From assembly GCF_000150275.1 (NCBI RefSeq), contig NW_002060946.1, positions 7,359,855 through 7,423,854 of the forward strand: a stretch of DNA of 64,000 nucleotides. Direction: 5' to 3'. Positions 1-12,985 of the stretch are shown here, piece after piece (the stretch's first letter is position 1; the number at the start of each line of letters is the position of its first letter). The position numbers and the translations under genes were made by a program. The notes beneath the pieces were generated by a model. The model was not told the DNA's origin and ran no database searches. It was given only the letters and a program-made list of their open reading frames with translations. The stretch is from Trichoplax adhaerens. Taxonomy: Eukaryota; Animalia; Placozoa.

Positions 1-429
1 TAGGTACTGTACTTGCACTTTTTACTTTACCTGTGAAATTAGTGTAAATTTTGAAATTTGTTTTGAAAATGTCAACTGCAAAACGATTCAAATAGCTTTT
101 GTCGCCCGAGTAAAGCTCCTTTATGATAGCATACTATGAGCTTTGCGAGATTTTGTTAGCCATTTCTAAAATACGGAACAAGGTAAACATTAAATTAGAT
201 ATTGCTCCTTTCATAACATTTAAGATACTTTTTGTTGGACGTCAGTAGTATTTTGGTAATTATAATTAACTATAAGGAGTACAATAAAACCAAATTGTAC
301 ATTTATTTCGGTGCAGAATTACTTGTGCTCTCTCTGTAATATACGTAATTTCCTAATCTCTGAACTATTAGATTAAAGCGGCCACTTTGGCGATAGTTTA
401 CAAAATAAGAATGATCGATGCAAGATGAG

Positions 430-800
430 GTCACGACTAAGCGTCGTATATTTTCTCAGAGAAGCTTCTAATACAAAATTAATTGCACTAACTTCATTAT
501 TTAACCTTTCTAGCATAAGCAGTGTAACTTTAAAACATTAAGGATGAAAAGAAGGACTTTAAAGTACCATATACATACAGTTTAACGATTAGTTAAAATC
601 AGGGTTAAAAACTTGCCAACTCATACTATACCAAAAGTCCAGTAATAGATCACACAAAAGCCATGCGAATACGGGTCTGTACAGGAAGATTAATATCGAC
701 TAATAGCAGTCTTTACGATATCTGTTAGATCATAAAATTGCTGTTTACTAGCAAGAACTTTACTTAAGGTGAATATTTTACTACTAGATAAGATTTATGC
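430..800 (+). repeat. Degenerate direct repeat, copy 1 (matches about 6300-6690)
   Basis: cacgactaagcgtcgtatattttctcagagaagcttctaata...aattgcactaacttcattat...aaaacttgccaactcatactatacca aligns colinearly with catgactaagcatgctatttttactccgagaagctgctaata...aattgcattaactttattat...aaaagcttaccaacttagactctacca. Ends are approximate. Confidence 0.7.
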
Positions 801-2099
801 TAGGATTAACTGTTATAGCAACTCATTTTAGATTTGCGATAAGAGATTTCATACTAATAATATTTAGTCATAGTCTTAATGTAATATGCTTAATCTTAAG
901 AATACTGTTACAGATGCTGTTCTGGCTTCGAAATTTAGATGGACTACCGAATATAGGTACTCTATGACTGTTAATCATAGAAATATATCAAATGAGAACT
1001 GCTATAATACTCTAGTAAAATTCCATTGCTCTACGACTTCATAAAATAAGTTGCAAAACTGCACAAGTGCACAAGCTAATACATGGCGAAGCATTAATTC
1101 AATGTGTGACAGCATGTACATTACACATGCAATTTAATGGCAATTTACTAAATGAGATATTATACAAAATGTCTGATTTAGCAATTGTCGCTAATAATTG
1201 TCTTTTTAAGGAAAAGCATGACTCATATTACGACCACAGAAATTATTACAGTGTTCACTAAACAAGCACTAAGGACAGTAAAAAAATTAGGGATAATGTA
1301 ATATTAAAAGCTAAATTTATTCGAGACGATGGTACAAACTTATAAAAACTGACCTATCAACCAATCCCCTCTGCTATACGAGTCCATTAATCATGAAACT
1401 CTCAGGCTTATAATAGTGAACGTAAAGTAAGTATGTATCTGCATAGATAAACGATATCACGAAATTGATAAAAATTCTTCAAGTATTATTTTAATTTAGA
1501 ATGAAACCAATGATTTCTAATATCAGACTATCATGCTATTTTTCCATATTTGTATCTTAGTTATATATTTCGCTGCACTGCAGAGCTATGCTACATTCGG
1601 GAGCAAATAATTATCTACGCTAACATTTATGTAATTATACACTTGTGATAGTATATCGACAATATCCTTGTTTGAATAGTCTGTATTAAAATGTGATATG
1701 ATATCTGGACACTAATTAACGAACCTAATATCAAAAGAGTCTAGTAAGAATTTCTTCTTACCTAACAAGTCTTACTATATGGTAGTCACTATAATATAGA
1801 AAGGTAATTTGTAACACATTAGCAAAATTTTATCTCATCTTTCTATTACTTAACTGCATTAGCAATACATCTTAAACAAATACGTGTTAACCGCTTTTAT
1901 TTTTACCTTTGGCACAATTAATAAATAAAACTATCGAATTCCTGTAGTTGAGCTTATTGTAATTGGCCTTTTTAAGATTAGCGTTCAAGTACATAATTGA
2001 ATGCACTCTAAATTTCGTACGAATATTAGTGATCATGATTCTTATAAATTTTTATTAATAAATACTAGTTGGCAACTATTCGCAAAGAATTTTAACGCA

Positions 2100-3330
2100 A
2101 ACACCGAAATGTAACGTTCTTAATATTATTTCAATGAATAAAGCACCTTACTACTAGTGTTCCACATACTATGATAAAACAGGTACTTGCAATGTAACTG
2201 TAGTAATTAGATCTTTATATTTATAACTGCGTAGTAACTTTTACTGATTCTATTTTCGTGTTTAAATGCTTTTCTTTCGTAGCTTGGCATTAATGATTGA
2301 TTCTCCCTGGGTAATCTTCACTGAGTTGATGTGGTTATACGGATATTCAATTAGTAATTATTCGATGTAACCAGTGACAGAGAAGTGATGATAAGTACTA
2401 CAAGTTCAAATTCTGTTGGCCGTTGTTTTAACCAAGTTTTGGGATATTCATGATTGATAAAGTTAATAATCGATCTAGCGAAAGCCCGTTCAATTAGAAA
2501 ACATGTCGGAAAATGTTTGTGTTGCTATGGTTATTATAAATCACCACATCAACGTGAACAAATCAAAAATCGAAACATCAAAATGTAACGTTTTTAATAT
2601 TATTTTAATAGCACACCTTATTAATGTTATAATTCAAATGCCTGCATTGTTACTGTGGTAAACAGATCTCTATATTTAAATTCCGTGGTAATTTTTACAG
2701 ATTCTGTTAATGCGTTAAGATGCTTTACTTTCGTAGTTTTACATATAAGTCTGATTCTCCTTACATAATATTCATTCAGTTAATATAGTTACACGAATAT
2801 TTGCTAGTAAGAATCAGATGTGGTTAATAGTGTTTATCGTGTATGATTTCATTTTAAGGTACTTTGTTTTTTCATTAATCGATGTAAAGATAGAAGTTGC
2901 TAAAGATTATGAAACTACGGTACAATGCCTGATCCTAGCTGTGTCTGCTTATAGCAATCGTTACTCAGTACTGGAAATAGACGCGAAAAATTAAATTATA
3001 TGTAGAGGCAAAGTGGGTATTGGTATACCAATATTTGCGGTGGATAAATAACACAGTGTCACGAATTTTACGAGATTTTTTGTAGCACGTTCGTCTTTAA
3101 CAAGTAGGAAGGTTTAAAAGACATTTATGCTTAGAATCAGAGAAGTACAGGCAAGCGTTTAAAGATTCTAATTCTGTCGGCCACTTTTATAGTTAAGTAT
3201 TCAAGCATGATTCATATAGTTTCTAATGGATCCAGCGTAAGCCGGTGCAATTGGAAAACATGTGGGAGAACTTTTACCTCGTTAGGGCTATTATAGACCA
3301 TTCTGTCAAAGTGAGCAAATCAAAAATCTG
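2100..3330 (+). repeat. Old local duplications: about 2100-2380 vs 2575-2830, and about 2410-2570 vs 3170-3330
   Basis: gaaatgtaacgttcttaatattattt...agatctttatattta...tgcttttctttcgtag recurs as aaaatgtaacgtttttaatattattt...agatctctatattta...tgctttactttcgtag. caattagaaaacatgtcggaaaa...tgaacaaatcaaaaatc recurs as caattggaaaacatgtgggagaa...tgagcaaatcaaaaatc. Confidence 0.65.
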
Positions 3331-3551
3331 TTTAAGATTTCAATTTGGATCTTTTCAATTGCTATTTGATACACCTTTGCCTTGTTAATTAGTTATGATG
3401 TCTTTGGATAAATTAATTCATTCATTTAAAATCGTCTTCTTTCAGAAATCACTGGCTAATGGTGATTCTGGCTCTGATTTTCTTTTTTGTCAATAATTTC
3501 GGTTGAGGTATAATCTAAACCTTTTCTAATTGCATTAGAAGAAATAACCAA

Positions 3552-5192
3552 TTAAATTTCAGAATGCAAGAGCTGTAAAGGAGCATTTGAATTTCGAGGA
3601 TATAACCCAGTAGCTTTAAAGCCATTAATCAAAAAATTGGCCATATCTGGGTTTAATTGGTTCCATAAGTCGTTCAACAACTTGGGAAAGTGAACCATGA
3701 TTGTGCTATTTCCCTGATGCGTTTCTTTCAGATATTTAGACAATATAGCTTTCCATGCTGTTTCGCATGATTTAAAAATATGATCTAGGGGCTGCTTTAG
3801 ATTAAATGCCTTCCTGGACAGATATGCAAAGCATACACTATTTTGTCGAGCCAACTGGACTAGGTGTGGTGAGAAATGACTGCTGATGCTATCACCAATA
3901 ACAAGCTTTTTCCCAGGACGATCCTTAGTGTATGCTAGTAGAATACATTCAAACCACTGCTGGAAAGTGTTCATGTTAAACCAGCCTAATTCAGTGTTTG
4001 AATAGATAGTGCCTAGTGGTCCACCAAGTGTCCATGAAGGACATAAATGGGGGGACTTATAACAAACGAAAGGTGGTAGCCATTCTCCAGTCGCTGATCC
4101 ACAAACCATTACTGATACATGGGTGCTATTTTTAATATGGTCCCTAACTAACTCAATTTTACGTGTACCTCTATAATAGATGACTTCTCTCATATTCGGG
4201 TCAATTGGGATAATGATTTCGCCAAAATTGAATAAGTTTTCACGTTCAATATCGCCCACCGCTTCCAGCCTCAGATAAAAATCTGATATATACTCGCATT
4301 CCTTATCGATGGCAAGTTTAATCGCTTTCATTTTCCTTGTAGGTCTACTCGGCAAGGTGTTCTTTGCTTGTCTATTCCGTAAGTTATTCCTTGTCATAAA
4401 TGAAGTAACGAAGTCTCGGCCTGGATAATTGTTTCGAAAACGCTCAACAGTTTTTCCGTTCATATCAAGATAATTTTTAATTATTTTTCGAATTTCAAAA
4501 TAGTCCAACTCGTAACCCCAGGATAATATTTGACTAAATGTATCCGAGATTACATTTTGCTCAGCACGAGTTAGTTCTGATGGTCTACCGACTCTCCTTT
4601 TATTGCCTTTCATATGATCTCGAATCGTACTTGCCGGTATATTATAGGCTCTTGAAGCTTTAGCTATAGGCATGCCAAATTTAATTGCTGTTAAAGCTTT
4701 TTGTAGCTGGTCTGTGGTATAGCGTCTGTTATGTTTAACTGTTACAACTGGTTTAGACCGCGAAATCTCTATACTTTTTTTACGAATCAAAGCTTCATTA
4801 TTTAGCTGTAAATATAAGAAAATGTTGTTAGGTTAGCAATACATCACCTATCGCAAATTCAACACTTGCTTCATTTATGCAGATTATCTGAAATATTAAA
4901 TGCGGATGTAGAAGAAAAGTCAGTATGTGTAGTAGTTCAGACATGATAGTATGTTGTAGATGATAATATATTAATCGTTTAAGATTTCTATTGCAATAAA
5001 GATAAGAAAAAATATGCGATTAAACTTGAAGTCCGATGATAGTGTTAAGCTTAGTAAGACGTTTTTTAACAAAGAGAATTTGATCTTAGAGTCAAAAAGC
5101 AAAATTACGTTATTGCGATTTCTCCTGGGTGAGTGGTAGCTCAGTAATTGACTAACCTTCTTCAAACTGGTTGTGTTAGAATTTTGAATCAT
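3552..5192 (-). CDS. Pogo/Tigger-family transposase-derived protein (HTH-psq + CENP-B-type HTH + DDE_1-like domain); probable 2 coding exons 5192-5157 and 4805-3552, about 429 aa
   Basis: The ORF shows the psq-type HTH (YTTDQLQKALTAIKFGMPIAKASRAYNIPASTIRDH..GRPSELT), PGRDFVTSFMTRN, VMVCGSATGEWLPPFVCYK, GWFNMNTFQQWF, LVIGDSISSH, QPLD and GFKATGLYPRN. The ORF-track start at 4790 is TTG. An acceptor (tttacag) ends at 4806 and a donor (AAG/gttagt) follows 5157, joining MIQNSNTTSLKK in phase 0. The first exon is less certain than the main exon. Confidence 0.85.
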
Positions 5193-6299
5193 TTTTCCAG
5201 GCTCGAAATAGGCCCTTGTGGCCTCTATCTTAATGAATAGGTTGTGATGCAGATCGATCCTTTAGAGCTACCAAAGTAATAGCTTTATAGCAAGCTGTGA
5301 GTGCAAAGCATTAATAACATTATATTCAGAAACTTTCGAAGTACAGTTACAATTTAGATTTTTTGTCGTAAATATTGGATGCATGGATTTTATGGCAATT
5401 AGTGCTAACTGATTTCGACTGTGTGCTATGTGAAGGAAATGGTAGACAGTAAGAAAACCCTTGTTAGGCGAATAGGGTTTAATGTTTAGTTTATCGGATT
5501 CAGTAAATATATTTAACAATGTTACGTGTTGCATGATGAACTTAACGCATTAGTGATATGGTTCAGTCTTGGAGTTTAAGTTTAACCTTAAGCTATAGAA
5601 TCCAATATTTGCCAATCAAATCTAAAAATTGTAGCTTAGCTTATGAAAAATTTGTTCCTGGATGGTCGAGCATTAAAATTTATGCTCATTTAAACATGGT
5701 ATATGGCTTACCCTGAAATAAAGATATTGTAGATTGGTCAATTGCTCACTTGAGATACTGAAGCACACCCTTCTAATCTTACCTTCTTATGCAGCCGTTT
5801 TAGAGATTTTCTCTAACAACTATTCTGTGCGTTCTTTCGTCTAGCTAATAGATAAATCAGACCTTTCAATGATGCAAATTGCATACATAACGTAAGCAAA
5901 AATACACAGTATGTAGGGAAGGACTAAGTTATTGTAACTTTAGAGGGCCTACGATTTCAGCTCTTACAAATACATTATAAGGTCATATGCCGACAGGGAG
6001 TTTTGTGTCTTACAGAGGGAATGGAGAAACTTTCCCCTTTACTCTACGAATACGTTTCCTGAGATCTACATAATTGTATATGGCTCATCAACGGTAGTGG
6101 TAGCAGAATAATATATGAAGAAAAGTATATCGCATTTGCAGGATCGACAGATCAGAATTTACTGTATGTAACGGAATCCTTAAGCTTTGATGAAGGTTGG
6201 AAAACTGTATAATTAGTAGATTAGATGGTACTGACTTTTACGAAACTGTTTTGTTCATAAAATAAGATGGATAAGGAATGTAATTTATATCAGATATTG

Positions 6300-6690
6300 G
6301 TTGATACCATACCATGACTAAGCATGCTATTTTTACTCCGAGAAGCTGCTAATATGAAATCAATTGCATTAACTTTATTATGTAATCTTTATAGGTGAAA
6401 TTTTAGCTTTTAGGTAATAAAATAAAAAGAATGATTTTAAATTACAGTACAGTATATAGCACAGTTTGACGAAGAATTGATTTTGGGTCTAAAAGCTTAC
6501 CAACTTAGACTCTACCATGACTGCAGAAATGATTTAACCTTCGTTATACAAATATGCTCAGTAGGGATTTATATGGAGCAAAAGCCACATTTGCTATATC
6601 AATTTCTTCCTAACATTGCAGTTTACTTGCATTTGGCGTATACTGTATCTTACTGTTAGATAAATGTTTGTACTAAGATTTGCTTTTAAG
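6300..6690 (+). repeat. Degenerate direct repeat, copy 2 (matches about 430-800; spacing about 5.9 kb)
   Basis: Same colinear alignment as copy 1; ends approximate. Confidence 0.7.
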
Positions 6691-8914
6691 TACAATTGAA
6701 GAAGTAATATATAGTAAAATTGTTGGGATTCAATCTCAGGCTATTAACTGCTGTTCAAGAAATGATTGAGTAGTTGAAATAATTGGTTATGGTAACCTAA
6801 GTGTAGTGTTCTGCTAAACTGCGGGGAAGTTTTGATAGGAGGTGCATCTGTTCTAATTCTGAGTTTAGTGCGAAGATTTTGCAGTGTTGTTAACGTATAA
6901 GATAAGAGGCATAACCAGACTACTTAAGAATTAATTCTGGGAAGTTATATCGAAGAGCTGCAATAAAATCGAAGGTAGAATTATATTCGTCCATTTTCTT
7001 TATAATAAAAATATCGTTAAAGTACAGTACATGAGACTGCACTGTTTACTTCAATGGTAATATTTCTGTAAAAATCAATATTTTCCGGAAATACTATTAG
7101 ATAAGTTCTAGTGCCAGATATACTTTAAACCAGTAAAATGATTTGTTCAGTTTTTCAGGAAATGAAATTATCTGAAAATATCGACCTGGAAGCTCCATAT
7201 TAACATAGTTTCATAATTTATTAACTTGGAATATAGAAAGTTTATAGCTTCATGCGAAAACATGAAAGTTTTAAATGATCAGAAATAAGAATAAAAAGAA
7301 GCTATTTACGAATTGTTTAGGAACAATTCACTGCAATTATACTGAAATTTATGTGACTGTAAAAAGTAACTACTTTGATGCTAATGATTTCTTATCCTCA
7401 AAAATTAAGATCGCCTTAAAGCAGCGATAGTAATGCAAAAATGATAAATCTTTCAACATTAATTAATTGCATAAATCATACATATTCTAAAGGTCTCTTA
7501 TGCGATTTTTCATGGATTTTTGGCTAAAATTAATACGCATTTTGTGAATATCAACCTCATATTAATGACGAAATACGGTTGTAATTTTTCTTCTGAACAT
7601 TGTTATATCCTAAGTTAAACAAATCATATAGCAGTCAACATAAATAAAACTAATGTAATGTAGTTTATTGTAACTAATCGCAAATCTGTAGTTATAATAA
7701 TTTAGATATATTCTATCTGTCTGATTATAAAAGTTTTATTAGTAAAGGTAGTTTAAGATATAGGCTTGACTTACTGTAAATAAAACCAAACTAAGGAGTG
7801 CTGCCTTCAAGTTTATGTCCAAATCGACCGAAACTAGAGTATAAGTTACATATAGGCAATGAGTTAAAAAATCAGGTATCATGATAAATGCACGCTTTGA
7901 ATTAATTGAGTTATATCGTTAGTATAAAGGCTTTTAACCCAAATCTAGCTGTAAAACTAGGGTAGCATATATTATCTCGAACTAAGTAATATTTTAGATA
8001 TATAGAAATTATTCAATTACCGTGTGTATCAAAAAAATCTTGGTAGGCATCGCCATTCTTACCAGACCAGTGCTTAACTAACTAACCAATCGACTGATCT
8101 TTATTCGCCAACTGAATCTATTATAATTGTCAAATAGTAATAGAAAATTTATTATTTAATTACTAGATTTCACGATTACGGTATAGCGTATTATGGTCTG
8201 TTAATACGACAATATTCGGATTTCGTTATTAAAAATTAAGTAGCCATTAGGCCTTGGCTTTAAGTTTTATAGCGAAATGCAGAGGAAAATAAAATAAATT
8301 AAAGCAGTGTAAAGTATAACACATCTCTACTGTATAGATTGCTTACTAAATATCACAAGTCATATTGATGCAAAATGAACTATGCAATCGGATTATATTC
8401 GTTAAGAACAAGATATAAATTGCATCATTACTCAAAGGGAAGGGTCTTCAAAATAGAACAGCCTAATAATACTACTGCTTCAAGCCCTTGAATTCACGAG
8501 CTAGTTTTACTATACTTTATTATTTAACTAATTGTGTAATTCATAATTATTGATCCTTCAGGCATATTTTGCTTTAACTGGATATTACATTCTATTGCTG
8601 CTTGAAATGTCAATCCTGTTAAAGAATGCTCACTTTTATTTAGCTGCCTATGAATTGAAAACCAGCCTTTCGCAATAAATTTAAGCATTTAACGAAAATT
8701 ACTTGTAGATACTCATTTCAGCTTGGAAATTGGCCTAGCAAGGTTGAGAATTATTATATATGTCGCGTGAAATGAAAAATACTTTTGCAATTGTAGTAAC
8801 TCATCAGAATGCTATTTGGAAACTGTATTACTTTCTTACTATCTTGATTTTTCTTACTTTTGAATTTACTAATTCGCTTGATTCGGTTATTTATTATTTA
8901 CTTTAATTTAATAC

Positions 8915-10287
8915 CTCAAATATGAAGTCTCTGGGATCTTTCAGTCCATTACGAATATCATTATTTCCTTGAATCATCAGCTGTGTGTAACCAGCATTAT
9001 CCATAATTTCAAAACAAGGACACGCCATCGAAGCGCTAAAATGGAAAATAACGTTATAAATTAATTATGGATAAGATGCAAACTACAAAGTTGGTACATG
9101 AGTTGCATTAAATAACAGTAGCGATAATGAAGCTAATGCAAAGTTGAAATGTTGCTTTCGGATGAAAAATTAAATGATATCTTACCGTGCCCGAATAAAT
9201 GGCGATAAAAGAAAACAAGTGAAGTGAAATTAGAAAAGCTAATAAACAGCCTAGATAAGTTATTATAAGTTGCTAAGTAGAATTAAATTACGTTTGCTTA
9301 ATTGTAGCTAAGTGTTTGCCGGGCGGTGATTCGACCTTGATTTCATTTAAGTAACCCGGCATGCGACAACAACAGCAACATTTACATTGATCTGACCAAG
9401 AAAAGTGGATAATTTCTGCTTCAATTACATCATAAATTCTCCCTTCATGCAAATGGCTTGGACTATTACAGCGAGCGACAAAGTCTTCAACTGAAATGTG
9501 AAGGAATAAATATTTAAGCTCCAGTTATTTTTATAACTTTTTTGCTATGATGTAATAATGCTTTCATTTAAACGGTTTTTAATTACATTAATTAGCTAAA
9601 TTAAATATAGTGTAATAATTTAACTGTAGTATTTTTATCTTTTACCTACACCAGCCATGTATACCGCTTGTCCGGATGGATTCTTAACCGAGAATTTATG
9701 AGCCACGCCAAAATTTCTAGAAACTTATGAAAGGGCAAACTTTAGAGTTTTCTAGAATTAAGAATTTTTAACGTAATGCAAGAATCAAATACTGAAGGAT
9801 GTATACAGTAAGAATTGATCGGCATTGATTAATTTAGACCGGATTGATTAAGTTAGTAAGCTCATGCCATGGGACAAGGATTTAAAATTTATGGTCTTAC
9901 TTTCCACAGTAATGAACTTATCAATTAAAATATAATTATCGATTTACACTAACATTCAAATAGCTCGACTTGATAATGAACAAGCCATTGATGAAGTGGC
10001 TGCAAATATGACAATCCTGGCGAGCAATTACCAATCGTAGCTGCAGGCATAGGCATCCATTCTACATGCTGTGGTCTTTCGCCTGGCTGTTGATTAATGA
10101 AAGGTAAAACAGGAGAAAAACCGGGATCCGAATTACCAGAAGATAAAGGCAAATTATTTTGCGGTTCTTGAACTATCGCTGCGGCAGCATCATGAAGACT
10201 TTGCTCTCCAGCTCTGCCATGGCTACCAGTTCTAACTGCTACATCACTAAATCGGCTGTATCCCTTGCTTTCATTCGACTTGAGCAT
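8915..10287 (-). CDS. Divergent phospholipid scramblase paralog; exons 10287-9954, 9723-9646, 9490-9292, 9035-8915; 3' end unresolved (possible exons 8734-8703 and 8647-8524)
   Basis: The spliced translation contains VEWMPMPAATIGNCSPGLSYLQPLHQWLVHYQVELFE, HKFSVKNPSGQAVYMAG, CKCCCCCRMPGYLNEIKVESPPGKHLATIKQ and PCFEIMDNAGYTQLMIQG...FIFE. Intron phases (1,1,2,0) and the 78-nt exon 2 match the neighbouring scramblase, and the frame is open through four exons. The start codon is tentative. Confidence 0.75.
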
Positions 10288-12985
10288 CGTTACCAAGCAC
10301 TCGTCTTCATTAGAATCGATTGCTGTCTTTCTCAAAATCTTTTTTATTTCTTTTTATTACTCCTATTATGATTATAGTTAAGAATCCCTATTCATGCACA
10401 CTACCTATTTGTAACTTTAGTTTATAGCCTCTCCAGGAAAAGCTCGATGCAATAAAGAGGCTTCACTATCAGGTTCCCTAGATTAATTGGATTAGACTTC
10501 TCAACGTCCGCCAGTCTTTTTGTACGTCATCAACTAATGAGCTAATTAATTATCCCATATGCTGATGTTGATTACCTAATCAAATTCATAATTACCGTTA
10601 CCGATACGTTTTTAATGATACTGTACGGCTACTATGCGGCTACTGTAGGGTTGCTACACGAATACTGCAGCGATATTGTGTCGATGCTATAATCAATATT
10701 ACTCCTGAGTGTAGTGCATAATGTCGGCCATGAAGAGTTCTATATTGTATGGTGTTTCAATACAGATTCGAAACCGTCTTCGTCGAGACTCTCGATATCT
10801 AGATCTTGTTGTAGGAGGTCGAAATTAGAGTTGATCATTTAGTGAGATGATGAAAGCTGTAGCTAATATAGCTTCCGATCACTGAAAATAGGAGTACAGT
10901 ATCTGGATGTATTTCTCGTAGAAAATAGTATTTCTACATTGATGTATAATGATATTAATCGGTGGCAGCTTGTTATAATATCGTATTAGACTAAATGTAT
11001 AAAATCGAAAGAAAATAATCAACAGATTGCACAGGTGGAGTTTGGCACAAATATATCAGGAAGCGCATTTCTACTTAATTTGCATAGGTAGTGAAAGTAG
11101 TGTCGCTTGGTAGCAGTCTTACAGTACGGTAGAAGGTTTTACAGAAATCAGAGAAAAAGAATTCATTGTAAGAAACGGTGTCGTGGAATGGATTTATCTA
11201 AGTAATAATATATTGTCTTATTTCAATGCTTGAATGATAGCTGTGCATTGCGGCAGTAAATTTTAAAATTGAACTAGAAAAATTGAAAAAGGTCTAGCAA
11301 GGCATCGTTACAAGTTTAAACCGTAACGTAAGATCGCAGCCAAATAAGGATAATAATATTAATTAGTGCAATCTTGGGGCAACTTTAGAGTACTTTAACT
11401 TATTAGCGCTCATTTAAGTAAAAGATATCTTTATTTAGATTATGTATTTAAGATTGCTTTTGCTAAACTTTGAAAATTTGCCTTAATAAAAATGTATGGT
11501 AGAGCTGTCGTAATAAATTTGAGAAAATGATTGGAATATTTCAGAGAGTATTTGAAAATACTTTAAATTATATTGAGTAATATAATATGCACGCTATACT
11601 GCAGAGTAATCCTAACAGATCGTATTTACGGGCAAGTTTGTAGAATAATACAGGCATCTTTTTTCACTATTTAAATGATTCTTGGCAGATGAATTAATTT
11701 ATAAAATTTGATGAAGCCCAACGATAAAATTTCTGTATATTAATTTTGAAACTTATTGCACATACATGCTATATGCTGGCAGACTTCATAGTCATTTGTT
11801 TTACTAATATCTAAATGTGTACCATTCTTGACATGCTCTATGCTCGTATTGTCTTATTGAAGTCATACAAGAAAATTAGCTGCAAGTAAAGAGCGAATAT
11901 TTCTTACTAATCCCAATAATTACGACTCAATGTTTTGATGTCAAAATCTTACAGGTGTTCTACGTTTCAATTTGATATGATCAACACTTAGATTCCCAGC
12001 ATGATATGGAAAGGTAGCGTTTTTTAATGAGAAATAGTAAATTGTGGCATATAAATGATTCTACAATTAGAGAATTTTTTAAGGAAAGTAGGTGTTACAC
12101 CATCTATAATTGTTCAATACTTTAAGTATACCTCCATGAGCAAGTAGAAATATCAGAATTATACAGTAGTAATCCTTACTAGTTGGAAAACGTTAAGCAA
12201 AAATTAAAGCTAAATGAATGACAGTGAAAGATTGACGAAGCACTGCAAGATTTATGGAGAGAAAGAAAGTTTACACACGATTTAGCAGACGAATAATATA
12301 TTATTATTTGTAAAGCGCGAAGTTACTTGATTATAAAAGTAATGATTTTTCAAAACTGATGTTGATTCTGTTGATTAAAAATAGACAACATATCAGTTTT
12401 CTCAAACTTGTGCATTAAATTAATAAACTATCTTAGATTTTAAAAAATATTAATTATGCTACTTTTACTTGCAAAAATACTCTCATTTTCGTAGTTTTTA
12501 AATGTTCAATAAAAAGCTTCACCCATTAAACTTAATAAAGATGACAATCGCTGCAAATTTAGAATTAATTAAGCTCTTGCTGGTGTAGTTCAATGAAAGC
12601 AAAGTCAACTTTCTTTCATCGATAAATTTCAATTTCTCATAAATTTTAGCGCTATATGCAACTCTAAAAATATTCTTATAAGTAATAAGCAATTATCTAC
12701 ATTGCCTTGAGATAGTGCTAAAAATGTATAGAAATTCGTTTTCTAGCGTTTGACCAGAGGGTCATCGTTCGTTATATTTTATATATACTGTTAAATTTTA
12801 CTAGCTATGGATATGTTATGATGAGTAACAATTTTAAGCCTTATAAGAAGCTAACTAAGAATATTCTAAATCAGTAATGTTTGAGTTTCTACATTAGTAA
12901 TTAATTAGAGATAGCCCAGGTGTAATTTCATTTTAAGTGGATCTTATCTGATGATTCTGAAGCGAAATAATTTTATCTACAACTT

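Noticed and set aside
1067-6659. Short ORFs 1067-1261, 5268-5534 and 6477-6659
   Set aside because: No recognisable motifs or splice support; expected by chance.
9186-9250. Possible extra exon inside the divergent scramblase
   Set aside because: It would need a 41-nt upstream intron, is 65 nt (frameshifting), and has no counterpart in the canonical paralog.
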